Shown in pieces: positions 1 to 11,776 of a stretch of 64,000 nucleotides of DNA (positions within the stretch are counted from its first letter, which is position 1; each line of letters begins with the position of its first letter). The translations under genes and the position numbers were made by a program. Under the pieces are notes generated by a model. It was not told where the DNA came from. It was given only the letters and a program-made list of their open reading frames with translations, and did no database searches. Source of the DNA: Williopsis jadinii (taxonomy: Eukaryota); NCBI GenBank assembly GCA_024346625.1, contig AP024666.1, positions 930,001 through 994,000 of the forward strand, in the 5' to 3' direction.

Positions 1-978
1 AGCCCCTTCTCCGACTTGATCTGCAGCTCCTGCAAGGGTACCTGGATAGTACTTACCAGCTTCATATCTGTGTAGGGAAATATACAAGACTCTTGGGTCA
101 TCATAGAATGCCTTTTGAGTACCGTTACCGTGATGGACGTCCCAATCTAGCACGACAATCTTTCTAACTGATTCAGGGTAGTTCTTCAGTATGTTCTTTG
201 CAGCAACAGCAACGTTTGAGAATAGACAGAACCCACCAGGAGTATCTGGCTCAGCGTGATGACCTGGAGGACGTACAACAGCTAATGCGTTTTTAACTTT
301 GCCTTCGACAACCGCTTTACAAGCCTCAATGGCACCACCACAACTTAGCTTAGCGCCCAAGTAGGAGTCGTGGTTGAAGTACACAGAGTCTCCCTTCTCG
401 GTAAGTTCCATAAGCTGTTCCTTTGTCATTGATGTTGTACTTTCAATGAAATTCAAGTGTTCCCTAGTGTGCACTTGTAAAATCTCCTCAGCCTTGGCTT
501 CTCTCACGGGTATCTTCAGCATCAAGTCACCAATGGAATCCACACCGGAGAGTGTTGGGTCGGTGATGAGGCCCGACTCGGCCAAGATCTTATAGATACG
601 ATAGATACGTCTGGGGTCCTCTGGATGAGGATCTATGTATTCAAAATACGACGTGAATATCTTTGCGTGGTATCTCATACGCACGTCGTAGCAGAGCCCA
701 GTCTTCAGTGGAATGTAGTGGACCTCAGGTGGTACAGCGGGTACGATAATGGCCTTATCCTTGGCCAGCGTGCCGTTATGTCCATTTACAACTTCATCCT
801 TCACAGCATTAGCCGCCGAACCTGAATCATCCCCATCCTCAAGGCTGTCAATCTTTCTCTTTTCTGGTTTAACGTGTGGTGAGCCACAACCATCTGTTTC
901 CCCCGGAGCACTCTCAGAGTGAGCCATCTCAGCGTCCTCTTGGACAGGCTCCAACTCCTCTCGTTTTACTTCCGCCAT
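1..978 (-). CDS. HDA1: Class II histone deacetylase Hda1, N-terminal 326 codons (runs off the left edge; missing from the ORF track)
   Basis: Manual translation from ATG at 978: ...LKTGLCYDVRMRYHAKIFTSYFEYIDPHPEDPRRIYRIYKIL...VVRPPGHHAEPDTPGGFCLFSNVAVAA...IVVLDWDVHHGNGTQKAFYDDPRVLYISLHRY; divergent from RCM1 as in S. cerevisiae YNL021W/YNL022C. Confidence 0.96.
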   Translation of the reverse strand, partial: MAEVKREELEPVQEDAEMAHSESAPGETDGCGSPHVKPEKRKIDSLEDGDDSGSAANAVKDEVVNGHNGTLAKDKAIIVPAVPPEVHYIPLKTGLCYDVRMRYHAKIFTSYFEYIDPHPEDPRRIYRIYKILAESGLITDPTLSGVDSIGDLMLKIPVREAKAEEILQVHTREHLNFIESTTSMTKEQLMELTEKGDSVYFNHDSYLGAKLSCGGAIEACKAVVEGKVKNALAVVRPPGHHAEPDTPGGFCLFSNVAVAAKNILKNYPESVRKIVVLDWDVHHGNGTQKAFYDDPRVLYISLHRYEAGKYYPGTLAGAADQVGEGA

Positions 979-1261
979 GGTCTTCAGATCTAGGCGTCGT
1001 TTGACTCTCTAACTGCTCTCTTTCGTAGTCCGCCAGGTATCGCGGTGGTCGTTGCTATCAGCAGTTGAGCACTTCCTCGAGCAACACGATCAGCACAATG
1101 TTCAACAGCGTACAGTAAGCAGCTCTTCTTCGTCTAAGTGGAATCGAGAACGTACGAAAGCCGCCGTGAGGACCCGTTTGCTTTGTTTTGTTTTGTTTTG
1201 CTTCGTGAGGTGAAAGAAAAACAAAGCAAACGGGAGGAAAACCAACGAAAAAAGAGGAAAA

Positions 1262-1288
1262 ACCACAAAGACCACAAAGACCACAAAG
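1262..1288 (+). repeat. 9-bp tandem repeat ACCACAAAG x3
   Basis: accacaaag accacaaag accacaaag read directly. Confidence 0.85.
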
Positions 1289-1347
1289 AGCCGCCGTGTG
1301 GCGCGTACCAAACAACCTTACACCACTAAAAAGTTTCGATCACCAAG

Positions 1348-1355
1348 CTCATCGC
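1348..1355 (-). promoter_or_regulatory. PAC element (GCGATGAG) in the RCM1 promoter
   Basis: CTCATCGC on + strand about 60 bp upstream of a ribosome-biogenesis gene. Confidence 0.75.
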
Positions 1356-1417
1356 TTCTTACGCTTAGGGCCTCGAGCGCTGTGCTGGTTCAGACCATTT
1401 GAGGCACAAGGAGCAGC

Positions 1418-2851
1418 ATGAACTTATACAAGGAGGCGTCATGGTTTCTCTCCTCGAACGGGAAGGAAGGGTCCTTGCAGACAAGGATCTTCAACGCGTC
1501 ACAGGCGAAGAAGGTGAAGACCAACCCGAAGCACTTGTATGCACTTGTGTCTTCCACGTTGAAGTACAAGCCCTATATAAAGAAGATCATCAAGAGCGCT
1601 AAGCTGTTGGAGCTTGAGAAGGCGCTGAAGGAGCCCATGGCGTTGCTGCTGGTGCATGATCTGCTGTTCACCAAGTCTGGTCGTATTCAGATGGGGAAGA
1701 CTCCTCTGAAGGAGTCAGTGCTGAGGCACAAGACCAGGCTCAATGCCGAGCTGACAAAACTAAAGCTGAAGCATAAGGTCAAGTCCTTAGATGAGCTGAT
1801 AGATGAAGACGACACCCCTGTGAGATGGTTTAGGGTAAACACTTTGCTAGCGGATGTCGATTCTGTGCTGTCATCGCTGGACTTGAAAGAGGTTGCCTCT
1901 GTTGGTAAACTGCAGCCTGGCTGTATCTACAGGGATGAGTACATACCCAATTTGTTTGGAGTTAGCCCGAAGCAGAGGATCACACAATCTGCTCTTTACG
2001 AAAATGGCTCTATCATCATACAAGATAGAGCGTCGTGCTTCCCTGCCTTCATTCTGAACCCACAAGAGGGCGACTCTGTCATTGATGCCTGTGCTGCTCC
2101 TGGTAACAAAACTACTCACCTAGCAGCACATGTTGGTCCGAGGGGAGCCATCACAGCCTTTGAGAGAGATATTAGACGCTCAAACATCCTAAAGCAGATG
2201 GTTAAGAAAGCAGGAGCAGACTCCATTGTTACTGTCAATGTCGGTGACTTTACACATTCAAACCCTGATGATTTTACAGACGTCACAGGTCTTGTTGTGG
2301 ACCCTTCTTGTTCAGGAAGTGGTATATTTGGAAGAGCATACGAGGAGGAGAATCCTCAAGACTCTTACAGCGAAGAAAGATTGCAGAAGCTATCATCGTT
2401 CCAGTTCTCAATAGTGAAGTATGCGTTGAGCTTCCCCTCTGCGAAGAAAGTTGTCTATTCAACGTGTTCCATCCATGCACAGGAAAATGAGCGTGTTGTT
2501 GTAGATCTTTTAAACGATTCAAACGTGAAGAGAGCAGGCTGGAGAGTAGCCAACAGATCCAGAATCATACCTATGTGGCATAGAAGAGGTTTAGTTGAAG
2601 AGTTTGAAGGGTTCCCAAACCCTGAACAATTGGCTGGAGGATGTGTCAGAGCTTTGCCCAAAGTTGATGGAGGCATTGGGTTCTTTGCAGTGCTTTTCGA
2701 AAGAGATTCCACTACTGAAGAGGGATCGGTTGACCACTCAGCTGGGAAACAAGCTGTTCAACCATCACAGGAACAAGTGAAGTCACAGGGACAGCCTGAC
2801 TCAGAATCAGAACCGGAATCAGACTACGAAGAATGGAATGGCTTTGACTAA
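1418..2851 (+). CDS. RCM1: 25S rRNA m5C methyltransferase (NOL1/NOP2/Sun family, NSUN5-like)
   Basis: IIIQDRASCFPAFIL, VIDACAAPGNKTTHLA, VDPSCSGSG, VYSTCSIHAQENERVV motifs; next to HDA1. Confidence 0.93.
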   Translation: MNLYKEASWFLSSNGKEGSLQTRIFNASQAKKVKTNPKHLYALVSSTLKYKPYIKKIIKSAKLLELEKALKEPMALLLVHDLLFTKSGRIQMGKTPLKESVLRHKTRLNAELTKLKLKHKVKSLDELIDEDDTPVRWFRVNTLLADVDSVLSSLDLKEVASVGKLQPGCIYRDEYIPNLFGVSPKQRITQSALYENGSIIIQDRASCFPAFILNPQEGDSVIDACAAPGNKTTHLAAHVGPRGAITAFERDIRRSNILKQMVKKAGADSIVTVNVGDFTHSNPDDFTDVTGLVVDPSCSGSGIFGRAYEEENPQDSYSEERLQKLSSFQFSIVKYALSFPSAKKVVYSTCSIHAQENERVVVDLLNDSNVKRAGWRVANRSRIIPMWHRRGLVEEFEGFPNPEQLAGGCVRALPKVDGGIGFFAVLFERDSTTEEGSVDHSAGKQAVQPSQEQVKSQGQPDSESEPESDYEEWNGFD

Positions 2852-2930
2852 TTTCTACAAAATACATAAGCTCATATAAATTGATCATTCGAAGTTATTT
2901 ACACGTATGTATTCATCCGTATACCATAAT

Positions 2931-4136
<1,206 letters not shown>

Positions 4137-4486
4137 TGTTATGTATAGTTGCTTGTTTCCAATTGAGAGTGTAATAGGAAAGAAGGGAAAGTGAAGGAAT
4201 CCAGATTTTGTTCAGAATCTGTGGGTTTGGTGATGATGTAGGCGTTCCGGAGTCGGCATTTAGAGCGGTATCGGTGCACATTGTGAAGCTGAGTGAGCAT
4301 TTGACACAACTGTGATGCTAGAGGCGGCCATCATGTGTCGGATGCCTGTTAACAGAACAGAAGTGTGTGCTAGAGGACAGTTGATTGCTTAATGGTGCCA
4401 TTGTTTTTTGTCAATTGGGCTTTGGACAAATTATACACAGTTTTGGAATATTCCAATTTACGGGAGTTTTCTTCCTCCGTGTGAAG

Positions 4487-4494
4487 CTCATCGC
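4487..4494 (-). promoter_or_regulatory. PAC element in the BMT5 promoter
   Basis: CTCATCGC about 80 bp upstream of an rRNA methyltransferase ATG. Confidence 0.75.
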
Positions 4495-4573
4495 ATAGCG
4501 CAAAAACTTCACTACAACCTACAAATGCGTATACATTTACACCGTTTGGATCTTCGTTACCAGCGTATGGACG

Positions 4574-5527
4574 ATGGCTAAGAGGCTGAAAGCGAGAACT
4601 GGTGGTGGGAAACTGGCCAATGCTCTTCTCAGACATCAAGAGATGGAGAAGAAAGTGAAGAAGAGCAAGCCGACCCATAATGGCCATCAGCTGGAACAGA
4701 AGAGAGAGAGCAAACAGATTCGCAAGAATAGAGAGATCCAGAAGAGTCAGCAGAAGTCGTTTGTTCCCTTTGAGAAAGACGACTACGTGCTGCTGGTTGG
4801 TGAAGGCGATATGTCGTTTGCCTTAAGCATCTTGAACCAAGGCTATGTGAAGCCAACGAGGTTGATCGTTACCAGTTATGATAACTCTCCGAGCGAGTTG
4901 AAATTGAAGTATCCACACACATTTGAACAAAACTATGAACAGCTCACTCAGGTGCACAAGGCAAAGGTTTTCTTCAAGGTAGATGCTACCAAGCTGTTAT
5001 CCTCGTTGAAATTGACCCCGAAGACCCTGTTCAAGGTCTTTGGCATCCCAAAATTAGATGCTATAATGTTCAACTTCCCTCATACTGGCCGTGGCATTAA
5101 AGACCAGGATAGAAATATAAGAGATCACCAGATGCTGGTGTTGGGGTATATGAAATCCTCCACTGAATTGTTTGATCTGTTCAACCGTGTCTCACCAACG
5201 CTGAACACCACGGGGCTCAACGTTGTTTCATCATCCACTGAGTCACAAGTGCGTATAGTTTTAACTGTATTTGAAGGTGAGCCATACGATTCCTGGAATA
5301 TCAAATCATTATCAAAGACCTTGGGCTTGAAAGTGGCAAGATCTGGTGAATTCCAGTGGGAAGACTTCCCAGAATATCACCATAGAAGAACAAACTCTGA
5401 ACAAGACACTACAAAGAAAGCACATGAGAGGAAAGCACGTATATACATCTTTGAGAAGTTCGTCAAAGGTGTAGACTCTGCAAAGAAGAAAAGACGTCAC
5501 GACGAGTCCGAACCTGATAGTGATTGA
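4574..5527 (+). CDS. BMT5: 25S rRNA uridine-N3 methyltransferase (DUF2431/BMT5 family)
   Basis: VLLVGEGDMSFALS, VDATKL, IMFNFPHTGRGIKDQDRNIRDHQMLV, FEGEPYDSWNIK, YHHRRT; between LYS12 and FYV10 as in YIL094C-096C-097W. Confidence 0.92.
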   Translation: MAKRLKARTGGGKLANALLRHQEMEKKVKKSKPTHNGHQLEQKRESKQIRKNREIQKSQQKSFVPFEKDDYVLLVGEGDMSFALSILNQGYVKPTRLIVTSYDNSPSELKLKYPHTFEQNYEQLTQVHKAKVFFKVDATKLLSSLKLTPKTLFKVFGIPKLDAIMFNFPHTGRGIKDQDRNIRDHQMLVLGYMKSSTELFDLFNRVSPTLNTTGLNVVSSSTESQVRIVLTVFEGEPYDSWNIKSLSKTLGLKVARSGEFQWEDFPEYHHRRTNSEQDTTKKAHERKARIYIFEKFVKGVDSAKKKRRHDESEPDSD

Positions 5528-5551
5528 GAACGAATGGCTCAATACACAATA

Positions 5552-6823
5552 TCAAGTCGGGAACATTGTAATCATATCAGCTGTAGTGAAGCTTTCTAGC
5601 TTAATTGGATCAACAATTTCATCCCCTTGAGGGTTTGATCCTTTGCTAAATGCCAGTAGTTTGGCCTTGTCATAGATATTCCCATTAGGTAACATCACTG
5701 GAGTCTCGAACAAATGTGATTGAACAACATGCGAATAAGGCAACAAAGAGTTGAGTTGGCGGAATTCTAAAGAGCATATAGGACATGAGCTTTGTTCGAA
5801 ATGATCATCAGTGGATAGCTTTTCAGCTAGTATGTGGTCAAAAGACATCACATCTGTCTCATGACTGGTTAGGCATGATCTTGTCTTCAAAGAAGACACA
5901 CCGACACTGAGATACACCAACAACGGGTCCTCCTCTGGAATACCGTGCATTTTGTAGTAGATGCTCAGGAATAAATCTGACAGGTAAGTGTATCTATCTG
6001 CCGATAACAGTGCGTTGTATCTTTGAAAGTTCACATTGCCCACATTACACTGTGCCTTCTTGGCGAAGATCAGCAAGCCAGTTGCAAGCTGGATATCACG
6101 GAAGTAGGTTCTTGTGAATTGAATCAGATAATCGTTAAAGAGTCTGATAGCACCAGAAAAGTCGGAGGATTTAACCAGCTCAACGTACTCCTGGAATCTA
6201 GTTTCAAACTCAAGCCGTGACTTGATCCTCTTCAAATAAGACTTGTTGTCGTTAATCCACTGGATAAGCACGCCCAAGTCCTTGTTCAGGATGTGAGAGG
6301 ATATCTTATTGGACAGAAGGATGATGTCGGAGTCGATCATATCTTCAAAATGGAAGCTCTTCAACAGTAGTAAACCAGAGTTTGAATCAACATTGTGATC
6401 ATTCTTCAGCAGATAGTCAGCAACAAGCAGATTCGTTTGATCACGGTACCATTTCAACAATCTAGTGTCGTTGAGGTCGTGGATGGCCGCTCCAGAGTCT
6501 TTCAACCTCTTCAGCTCCTCCAGTTTGTCCAGCCTCTTCCGTATTCTCGTCTGCAGATTCTTCTCTACTTCGATCTTGGACTTGACCTTCTTCTCGTGTG
6601 TCTTTAGAGACGCCACGATCTGCTTTAGCTTCTGACGCTGTGCCTCTTTGGTCTTGCACTTTGCCATCTCCTTCACGAGATCATCCGTCTTCTTGAAGAC
6701 CTTCTCATCAATCTTCTGTAGCCCCTTAATGTTACGTTTCATCGACTCCACTGGGATCTTTAAGGACGATTCCTGTAGTCTGACATGGAAGTCAACAGAA
6801 GGCTCACATGGCTTGTCACTCAT
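5552..6823 (-). CDS. FYV10: GID/CTLH ubiquitin ligase subunit Gid9/Fyv10 (first ATG at 6823)
   Basis: EPSVDFHVRL N-terminus, LisH/CTLH region (LEFETRFQEYVELV), SSLKTRSC, CPICS..LPYSHVVQSHLFETPVMLPNGNIY degenerate RING. Confidence 0.88.
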   Translation of the reverse strand: MSDKPCEPSVDFHVRLQESSLKIPVESMKRNIKGLQKIDEKVFKKTDDLVKEMAKCKTKEAQRQKLKQIVASLKTHEKKVKSKIEVEKNLQTRIRKRLDKLEELKRLKDSGAAIHDLNDTRLLKWYRDQTNLLVADYLLKNDHNVDSNSGLLLLKSFHFEDMIDSDIILLSNKISSHILNKDLGVLIQWINDNKSYLKRIKSRLEFETRFQEYVELVKSSDFSGAIRLFNDYLIQFTRTYFRDIQLATGLLIFAKKAQCNVGNVNFQRYNALLSADRYTYLSDLFLSIYYKMHGIPEEDPLLVYLSVGVSSLKTRSCLTSHETDVMSFDHILAEKLSTDDHFEQSSCPICSLEFRQLNSLLPYSHVVQSHLFETPVMLPNGNIYDKAKLLAFSKGSNPQGDEIVDPIKLESFTTADMITMFPT

Positions 6824-7004
6824 GCTGGTAATTGGTTGATTGCTCTTATCTTGAGGCAAGAAGATGTAGGCTCATTGTTGTAGAAACGGGGATGGCCTCC
6901 GCAATATAAATATCAACTGGTAAACACCACACACAGCAGGCCTGAGGACGTTATCTACGCGATATCTCATGATCATAGCTCATATATCGATGGTACGTAC
7001 AGCA

Positions 7005-9098
7005 TCAACTACTTTCAATATCACTAAGATTGACATCTCCCATGGCTCGCAGCCCACAGTAGTTCTGCGCAATCACGATGTTCAGCCCATCAGCATTGAC
7101 AAACTCCTTCCTTAAAGCATTCCAGTCCCCAGACTGCTGGATGGTTTGTAGATCATTGAGAACCTCTCTGGCAATCCTGCGGATCGCCTTTGATAGAACA
7201 GGTTTATCCATCTGATCAACGACTGCGAAGAACCCTTCAATGTCTGCGATGAATTCATCGATTGAATGGTAGGCCTTTTTATCGACTTTCAGCTTCATTT
7301 GAGACAGTGTAGTGCACTTAGCGTCAACACTTGTTACATCAACATCCAAGAGAAACCTTGAGGAGTCTATGTTGAGGATCTTCTTCATAATTGTTTCAAT
7401 TGCAGAGTTATAGGGGAAATAGGTGAGATTGACGATATTGGTCTCTTCCCTTTGAGACTCCAATTGCAACTGGGCCTTCTTTGTGATTGAGCTGCTTATG
7501 TCCTCCAGCTTTACAATGTCCTGGAGCAGAGTCTCTGCAAATATGAGCTTTTCAGTGATATCCTCTGGATTACCACCATTATAAGCAGTTGCACCGTCGG
7601 TTCTTCGTATCAACGGTGCACCTCTCTTCATCTCACGTTTCATGCACCAGTACTTTGTAAGTTTCTGAGATAGCGTCTCATTATCACCGTTTATCCTTAG
7701 TTTCGTCAAGAATCTGGTGAGTATCTCTGCGAAATAGTTTGGTGGTATCGGTGTACCCTTTGATGTTTTCCATTTCTTCTTCTTCTGTATTGCATTTTTC
7801 TTATCCACACGGAACGAGTTCTTGTTATGTTGATGGTTTAGTGATTCAATTGTGCTGAAATACAACCTGGTCTTCTCAATACCCTCAAGTACCTTATGTT
7901 CTTTGTTATACTCTGCAGATGAATGTTTATGACACCATGCAGCCATCGAGGTCTTATCCAGAACTGCACCTTGAATACCTTTGTCCATGGTCATCAATAG
8001 CCCTGCACGTCTTGCACAGGTTGGATGGAACGCTGCAAAGCAACTCTTATTGGCACATTGAATAGGTGCGCCAACCTTCTGCTTACATAGATAGCATTGT
8101 AGTTTCCATCTGCCCTTTGGAATCGCTTCAATTCCTTCAATTGGTTCCATATGACCAGCACTCGCAAAGTATAACTCTGGAATCCACAGCCCACAAAGAA
8201 CATGGGACCATAGTCCATTTTCTGTTTGCTTAAATGCACCCGTTGTTGAGGGGCAGAACTGGCACTTGATCTTGCGCTTTTTCGAAACCATACACCTTCT
8301 ACAGAGCCATTGACCCTCAGGGATAAACACCACACCATAACAGTCCTGATGCACTGCAATATCACATCCATCGCAGAATATGATTGCGTTAGAGTTATCA
8401 CAATCAGTGCCATCACAGACGGCACAGTGCTGTTCCTCCATCACGTGCATACCAATGCCATCATCAGATCCGTATAGATCTGTGAAGGCTCGTGCTGCAG
8501 TGTCCTTTGCACTCAGCTCATCAGATTCTTTATAAGAATGACGTAACTTTGGGGGTATCTTCCGCTCGAGATGGTACCATTCATTCTCCAGCAAAGTCAT
8601 AGCGCACTCAAACAGCTCTCTTGAAATGACCGTTTTTTGGTCTTCAGATGTACTGTTCAGATAGGCCAGATAGTAGTTATCCTGTTCGTCCATGTCGTAC
8701 GAAGACTTGAAGTTCAACTGGTTCTTCGAAATGTCCAGAAAGAACTGGTTGTTCTGCTCCCTCTCAACAAACTGGTCGTTCTCCCGAATGTACGTGCTTG
8801 AGACTTGAGACAGCGAGCTCACCTTATAACCAAGCCGTGCAATCGACCTTGGAATCTTGCTGTTGTCCCTTGGAAGCACCTCCTTCGGTATCTTGTTGAA
8901 CACTGGCTTGTTGAGATGGTGTATTCTGCTCGACCGGCGGCTGCTATTACTACCACTACCACTTCCACTTCCACTGTCGCTAGCACTGCTCGACTGATCT
9001 GCCTTAACACTCACATACAACAACGACTCTTCGTCCAAGTCAGGATAGTAATCCTTGTAGTGATGCTCTTCTCGAGGTTTGAAAGGATCGTAGTGCAT
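7005..9098 (-). CDS. NTO1: NuA3 HAT complex PHD-finger subunit (PZP domain, BRPF/Jade-like)
   Basis: YDMDEQD, CAVCDGTDCDNSNAIIFCDGCDIAVHQDCYGVVFIPEGQWLCRRC, second PHD, KYWCMKRE..GAPL. Confidence 0.92.
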   Translation of the reverse strand: MHYDPFKPREEHHYKDYYPDLDEESLLYVSVKADQSSSASDSGSGSGSGSNSSRRSSRIHHLNKPVFNKIPKEVLPRDNSKIPRSIARLGYKVSSLSQVSSTYIRENDQFVEREQNNQFFLDISKNQLNFKSSYDMDEQDNYYLAYLNSTSEDQKTVISRELFECAMTLLENEWYHLERKIPPKLRHSYKESDELSAKDTAARAFTDLYGSDDGIGMHVMEEQHCAVCDGTDCDNSNAIIFCDGCDIAVHQDCYGVVFIPEGQWLCRRCMVSKKRKIKCQFCPSTTGAFKQTENGLWSHVLCGLWIPELYFASAGHMEPIEGIEAIPKGRWKLQCYLCKQKVGAPIQCANKSCFAAFHPTCARRAGLLMTMDKGIQGAVLDKTSMAAWCHKHSSAEYNKEHKVLEGIEKTRLYFSTIESLNHQHNKNSFRVDKKNAIQKKKKWKTSKGTPIPPNYFAEILTRFLTKLRINGDNETLSQKLTKYWCMKREMKRGAPLIRRTDGATAYNGGNPEDITEKLIFAETLLQDIVKLEDISSSITKKAQLQLESQREETNIVNLTYFPYNSAIETIMKKILNIDSSRFLLDVDVTSVDAKCTTLSQMKLKVDKKAYHSIDEFIADIEGFFAVVDQMDKPVLSKAIRRIAREVLNDLQTIQQSGDWNALRKEFVNADGLNIVIAQNYCGLRAMGDVNLSDIESS

Positions 9099-9405
9099 TT
9101 CTATCGTCTACGGAGGCGCTCAATGCCAACAGTTCGATGGCTTCAAATGGCTTGTTTACAAGTTTTGTACTGCTCTCTGTAAACTGTGAGAAATTTCGTC
9201 TGTCGCGCGGGTTTCGGTTTCCCTCTGCCAGGCGGCGCTCATAACCTCGGCGCTCCCATCACCTCAACAACGTTCTGGGTATTAACAGTGACAGTGCTGA
9301 AAAGCATCCAGGATTCAGGGAGTTTTGTAGTGCTACACGTAGTTTGATTTTATTGGAACTAACGTATCATTAACAGTAGGATACCTCTTCCAGACGGTTA
9401 CGTGT

Positions 9406-10632
9406 TCAGTTGTTCAATTGGTACCAATCATCAGTTTTCAGCATAGCATCCACATCGAAATACATCGATGCTCCATTGGTATTATTATCTAGATTGGCAC
9501 CAGTGTTATAGTCCTGTCGTTGTTGTTGTTGCTGTTGTTGTTGTTGTGGTTGAGCTGATAGTTGTTGCTGGTGTTGAAGTGGTTCCGAACTTGTACTATT
9601 GATATCTCCAGCTGATGATGTGGGTGTTGTATTCCTATCAGGGTACTTGGATAGTTCTTCAATTCTTGTAATCAGCTCCTCCTGCCTCGTCTTCTGAGCT
9701 TCTAGCACCTTGTGCAGATGCTCCACGTATTGAACAGTTTTGTTGATGATGACAGATTTACTAGCCTTAACCTCCTTACCATCGTCATCAACTAGTAATA
9801 ACGACGGTGGGACAATCAAGCCTAGCTCTTTGATCTTTTGCTTGATCAGATCTCTTCTACGACGTTCCACTTGGTTATGGAATTCCCTTCTTCTTCTCAG
9901 CTTCTCGTCCTTTGACATTTGTTGCTTTGGAAGAGACCCACCGCCTGGAGAGGCAGCCATGCTTCTCGGAGACCTTAAAGCATCAACCGACGCATAGGGA
10001 CTCAGCGCATCGTTGAAGGAGGTTCCAGGACTGTTGATGGAAGTACCAAGTGAGTGTTGAAAAGATGACGGCTGAAGGTATATGCTGTTCTTCCGTTGTG
10101 TTTGGAATGGAATGTGCTTGCTTGCTGGTGGTGAAAAATACTGAGCATTTATAGCGTCAGAAGTGGACTGTTGTCCAGGACTGGCAATACTCTCCAGCGT
10201 ATCGTAAATGGAGCCCTGACGTTGTGCTTGGAATGAAGTTGACAAATGTGAATTTATAGGGTATGATGATTGAGCAGGCGACGCGTAACCCTTATGGAAT
10301 GAGTCATGTACTGAACCTGGCACAGATGAACGTGACAACAACGTTGTCGGGTCCAGCGTATCCGATCTGTCATTCAAATCGCTTATATTTGCTGAACCCA
10401 GCTGGTTGTCGTTGATGGTTTCAATATTGATATCGATGTCATTCTCGTTGTTGCCGTTGCTGTTGATACCAAAATTGTAACCCCCAGCATTCTCTTGTTG
10501 CTGAAGCCCTGTATACGCAGTGGGATTGAAGTCCAGAAGTTCATGCTCTGGAATTGCCGATGAGACATCAAAGGGGAAGTCGTCAGACCCTGTTGGTATG
10601 TCACCGTCAAACTTGAGGAAGTCGTCCGTCAT
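9406..10632 (-). CDS. RTG3: bHLH-Zip retrograde-response transcription factor
   Basis: RRRREFHNQVERRRRDLIKQKIKELGLIVPPSLL bHLH; divergent from SFT2 as in YBL103C/YBL102W. Confidence 0.9.
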   Translation of the reverse strand: MTDDFLKFDGDIPTGSDDFPFDVSSAIPEHELLDFNPTAYTGLQQQENAGGYNFGINSNGNNENDIDINIETINDNQLGSANISDLNDRSDTLDPTTLLSRSSVPGSVHDSFHKGYASPAQSSYPINSHLSTSFQAQRQGSIYDTLESIASPGQQSTSDAINAQYFSPPASKHIPFQTQRKNSIYLQPSSFQHSLGTSINSPGTSFNDALSPYASVDALRSPRSMAASPGGGSLPKQQMSKDEKLRRRREFHNQVERRRRDLIKQKIKELGLIVPPSLLLVDDDGKEVKASKSVIINKTVQYVEHLHKVLEAQKTRQEELITRIEELSKYPDRNTTPTSSAGDINSTSSEPLQHQQQLSAQPQQQQQQQQQRQDYNTGANLDNNTNGASMYFDVDAMLKTDDWYQLNN

Positions 10633-11092
10633 TCTTCTTAACAGGTGTGTGTAGAGTTTATCCGTTTGTTTTCTGTAGCGCTATTGTTAACAACCTATAG
10701 AATGAAAAGATGAACGGAAACACACAGAGAAAAAGGCACAAATGAGAGTGGTGAGCAGAGTAGGGTGGGTACCTCTTTGTATATGAGCTATTGAGCGTTC
10801 AATGAGTTGTGTTCTCGTTAATTTAGCACTATGAGAGCCGATGTTGAAAAGTGAACTGTGGGGGTTTTTTCAAAGGTTTACAGCACTTTTTTTTTTCGTT
10901 ATTTTCGTTTTCGCTGTTTTGTCCCTTGTTGTCGCAAATAGACGTAAATTGCGAAAACCGTAGACCGTGTGGCCTTTTCGCAACATTTCGCAATTCATCA
11001 CGCCTGGTTCAACCACTTCACAAGCGCAACGTATCTTCAACACCTCTGTTTGGAGAAGTGACGCTTCTCACCTCTAGTGGACTCACAATATA

Positions 11093-11734
11093 ATGACAGA
11101 TACGGGCGAGTCCTCTCTGAGAGAACAGTGGAATCGGTGGAACTCGACACACACCACCAGCACATCCGGTGTGAATGAAGGTGCAAAGACGTTCTTCAGT
11201 GGGTGGGCGGAGACTTTGAACAACACGGCCAACGATGTGTACAACAGGCTGCCATTGACACAACAAGATGCCGATTCTGTCGCACAACAGGAGCCAGAGT
11301 GGTTCACGCTCTCACGGTTCGAGCGTCTTATGGGGTTTATCGCGTGTCTTCTCGGCTCCGCGGTTTGTTTCACCATTTCCTTCCTGCTGTTCCCAGTATT
11401 GGCTCTCAAGCCACGGAAATTTGGGCTGTTGTGGTCCTTAGGGTCTTTGCTCTTTGTAATATCGTTCGGGTTGCTACAAGGTCCCGTGGCATACTTCAAG
11501 CACCTCACGTCATCCTCGAGACTTCCCTTCACGGTGCTATTCTTCTCCTCGGTGATATTGACTATATACTTTGCCGCCGTGGTCAAATCCACCATCTTAA
11601 CCTTGATCTCCAGCGTATTCGAAGTCGTGGCGATCATATACTACACGGTCAGTTACTTCCCCTTCGGTGCTCAGGGTTTACGCATGGCCACCGCTGTTGG
11701 TGCAAGGCAAATAGGCTCATTCGCTGGTTTCTGA
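11093..11734 (+). CDS. SFT2: Got1/Sft2-family tetraspan Golgi vesicle transport protein
   Basis: EPEWFTLSRFERL, LALKPRKFGLLWSLGS, SRLPFT, YYTVSYFPFG; four hydrophobic segments. Confidence 0.93.
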   Translation: MTDTGESSLREQWNRWNSTHTTSTSGVNEGAKTFFSGWAETLNNTANDVYNRLPLTQQDADSVAQQEPEWFTLSRFERLMGFIACLLGSAVCFTISFLLFPVLALKPRKFGLLWSLGSLLFVISFGLLQGPVAYFKHLTSSSRLPFTVLFFSSVILTIYFAAVVKSTILTLISSVFEVVAIIYYTVSYFPFGAQGLRMATAVGARQIGSFAGF

Positions 11735-11776
11735 TCCTATGAGTCCCCGCCTAAGCGCCTCTCTCGAACTACTAAG

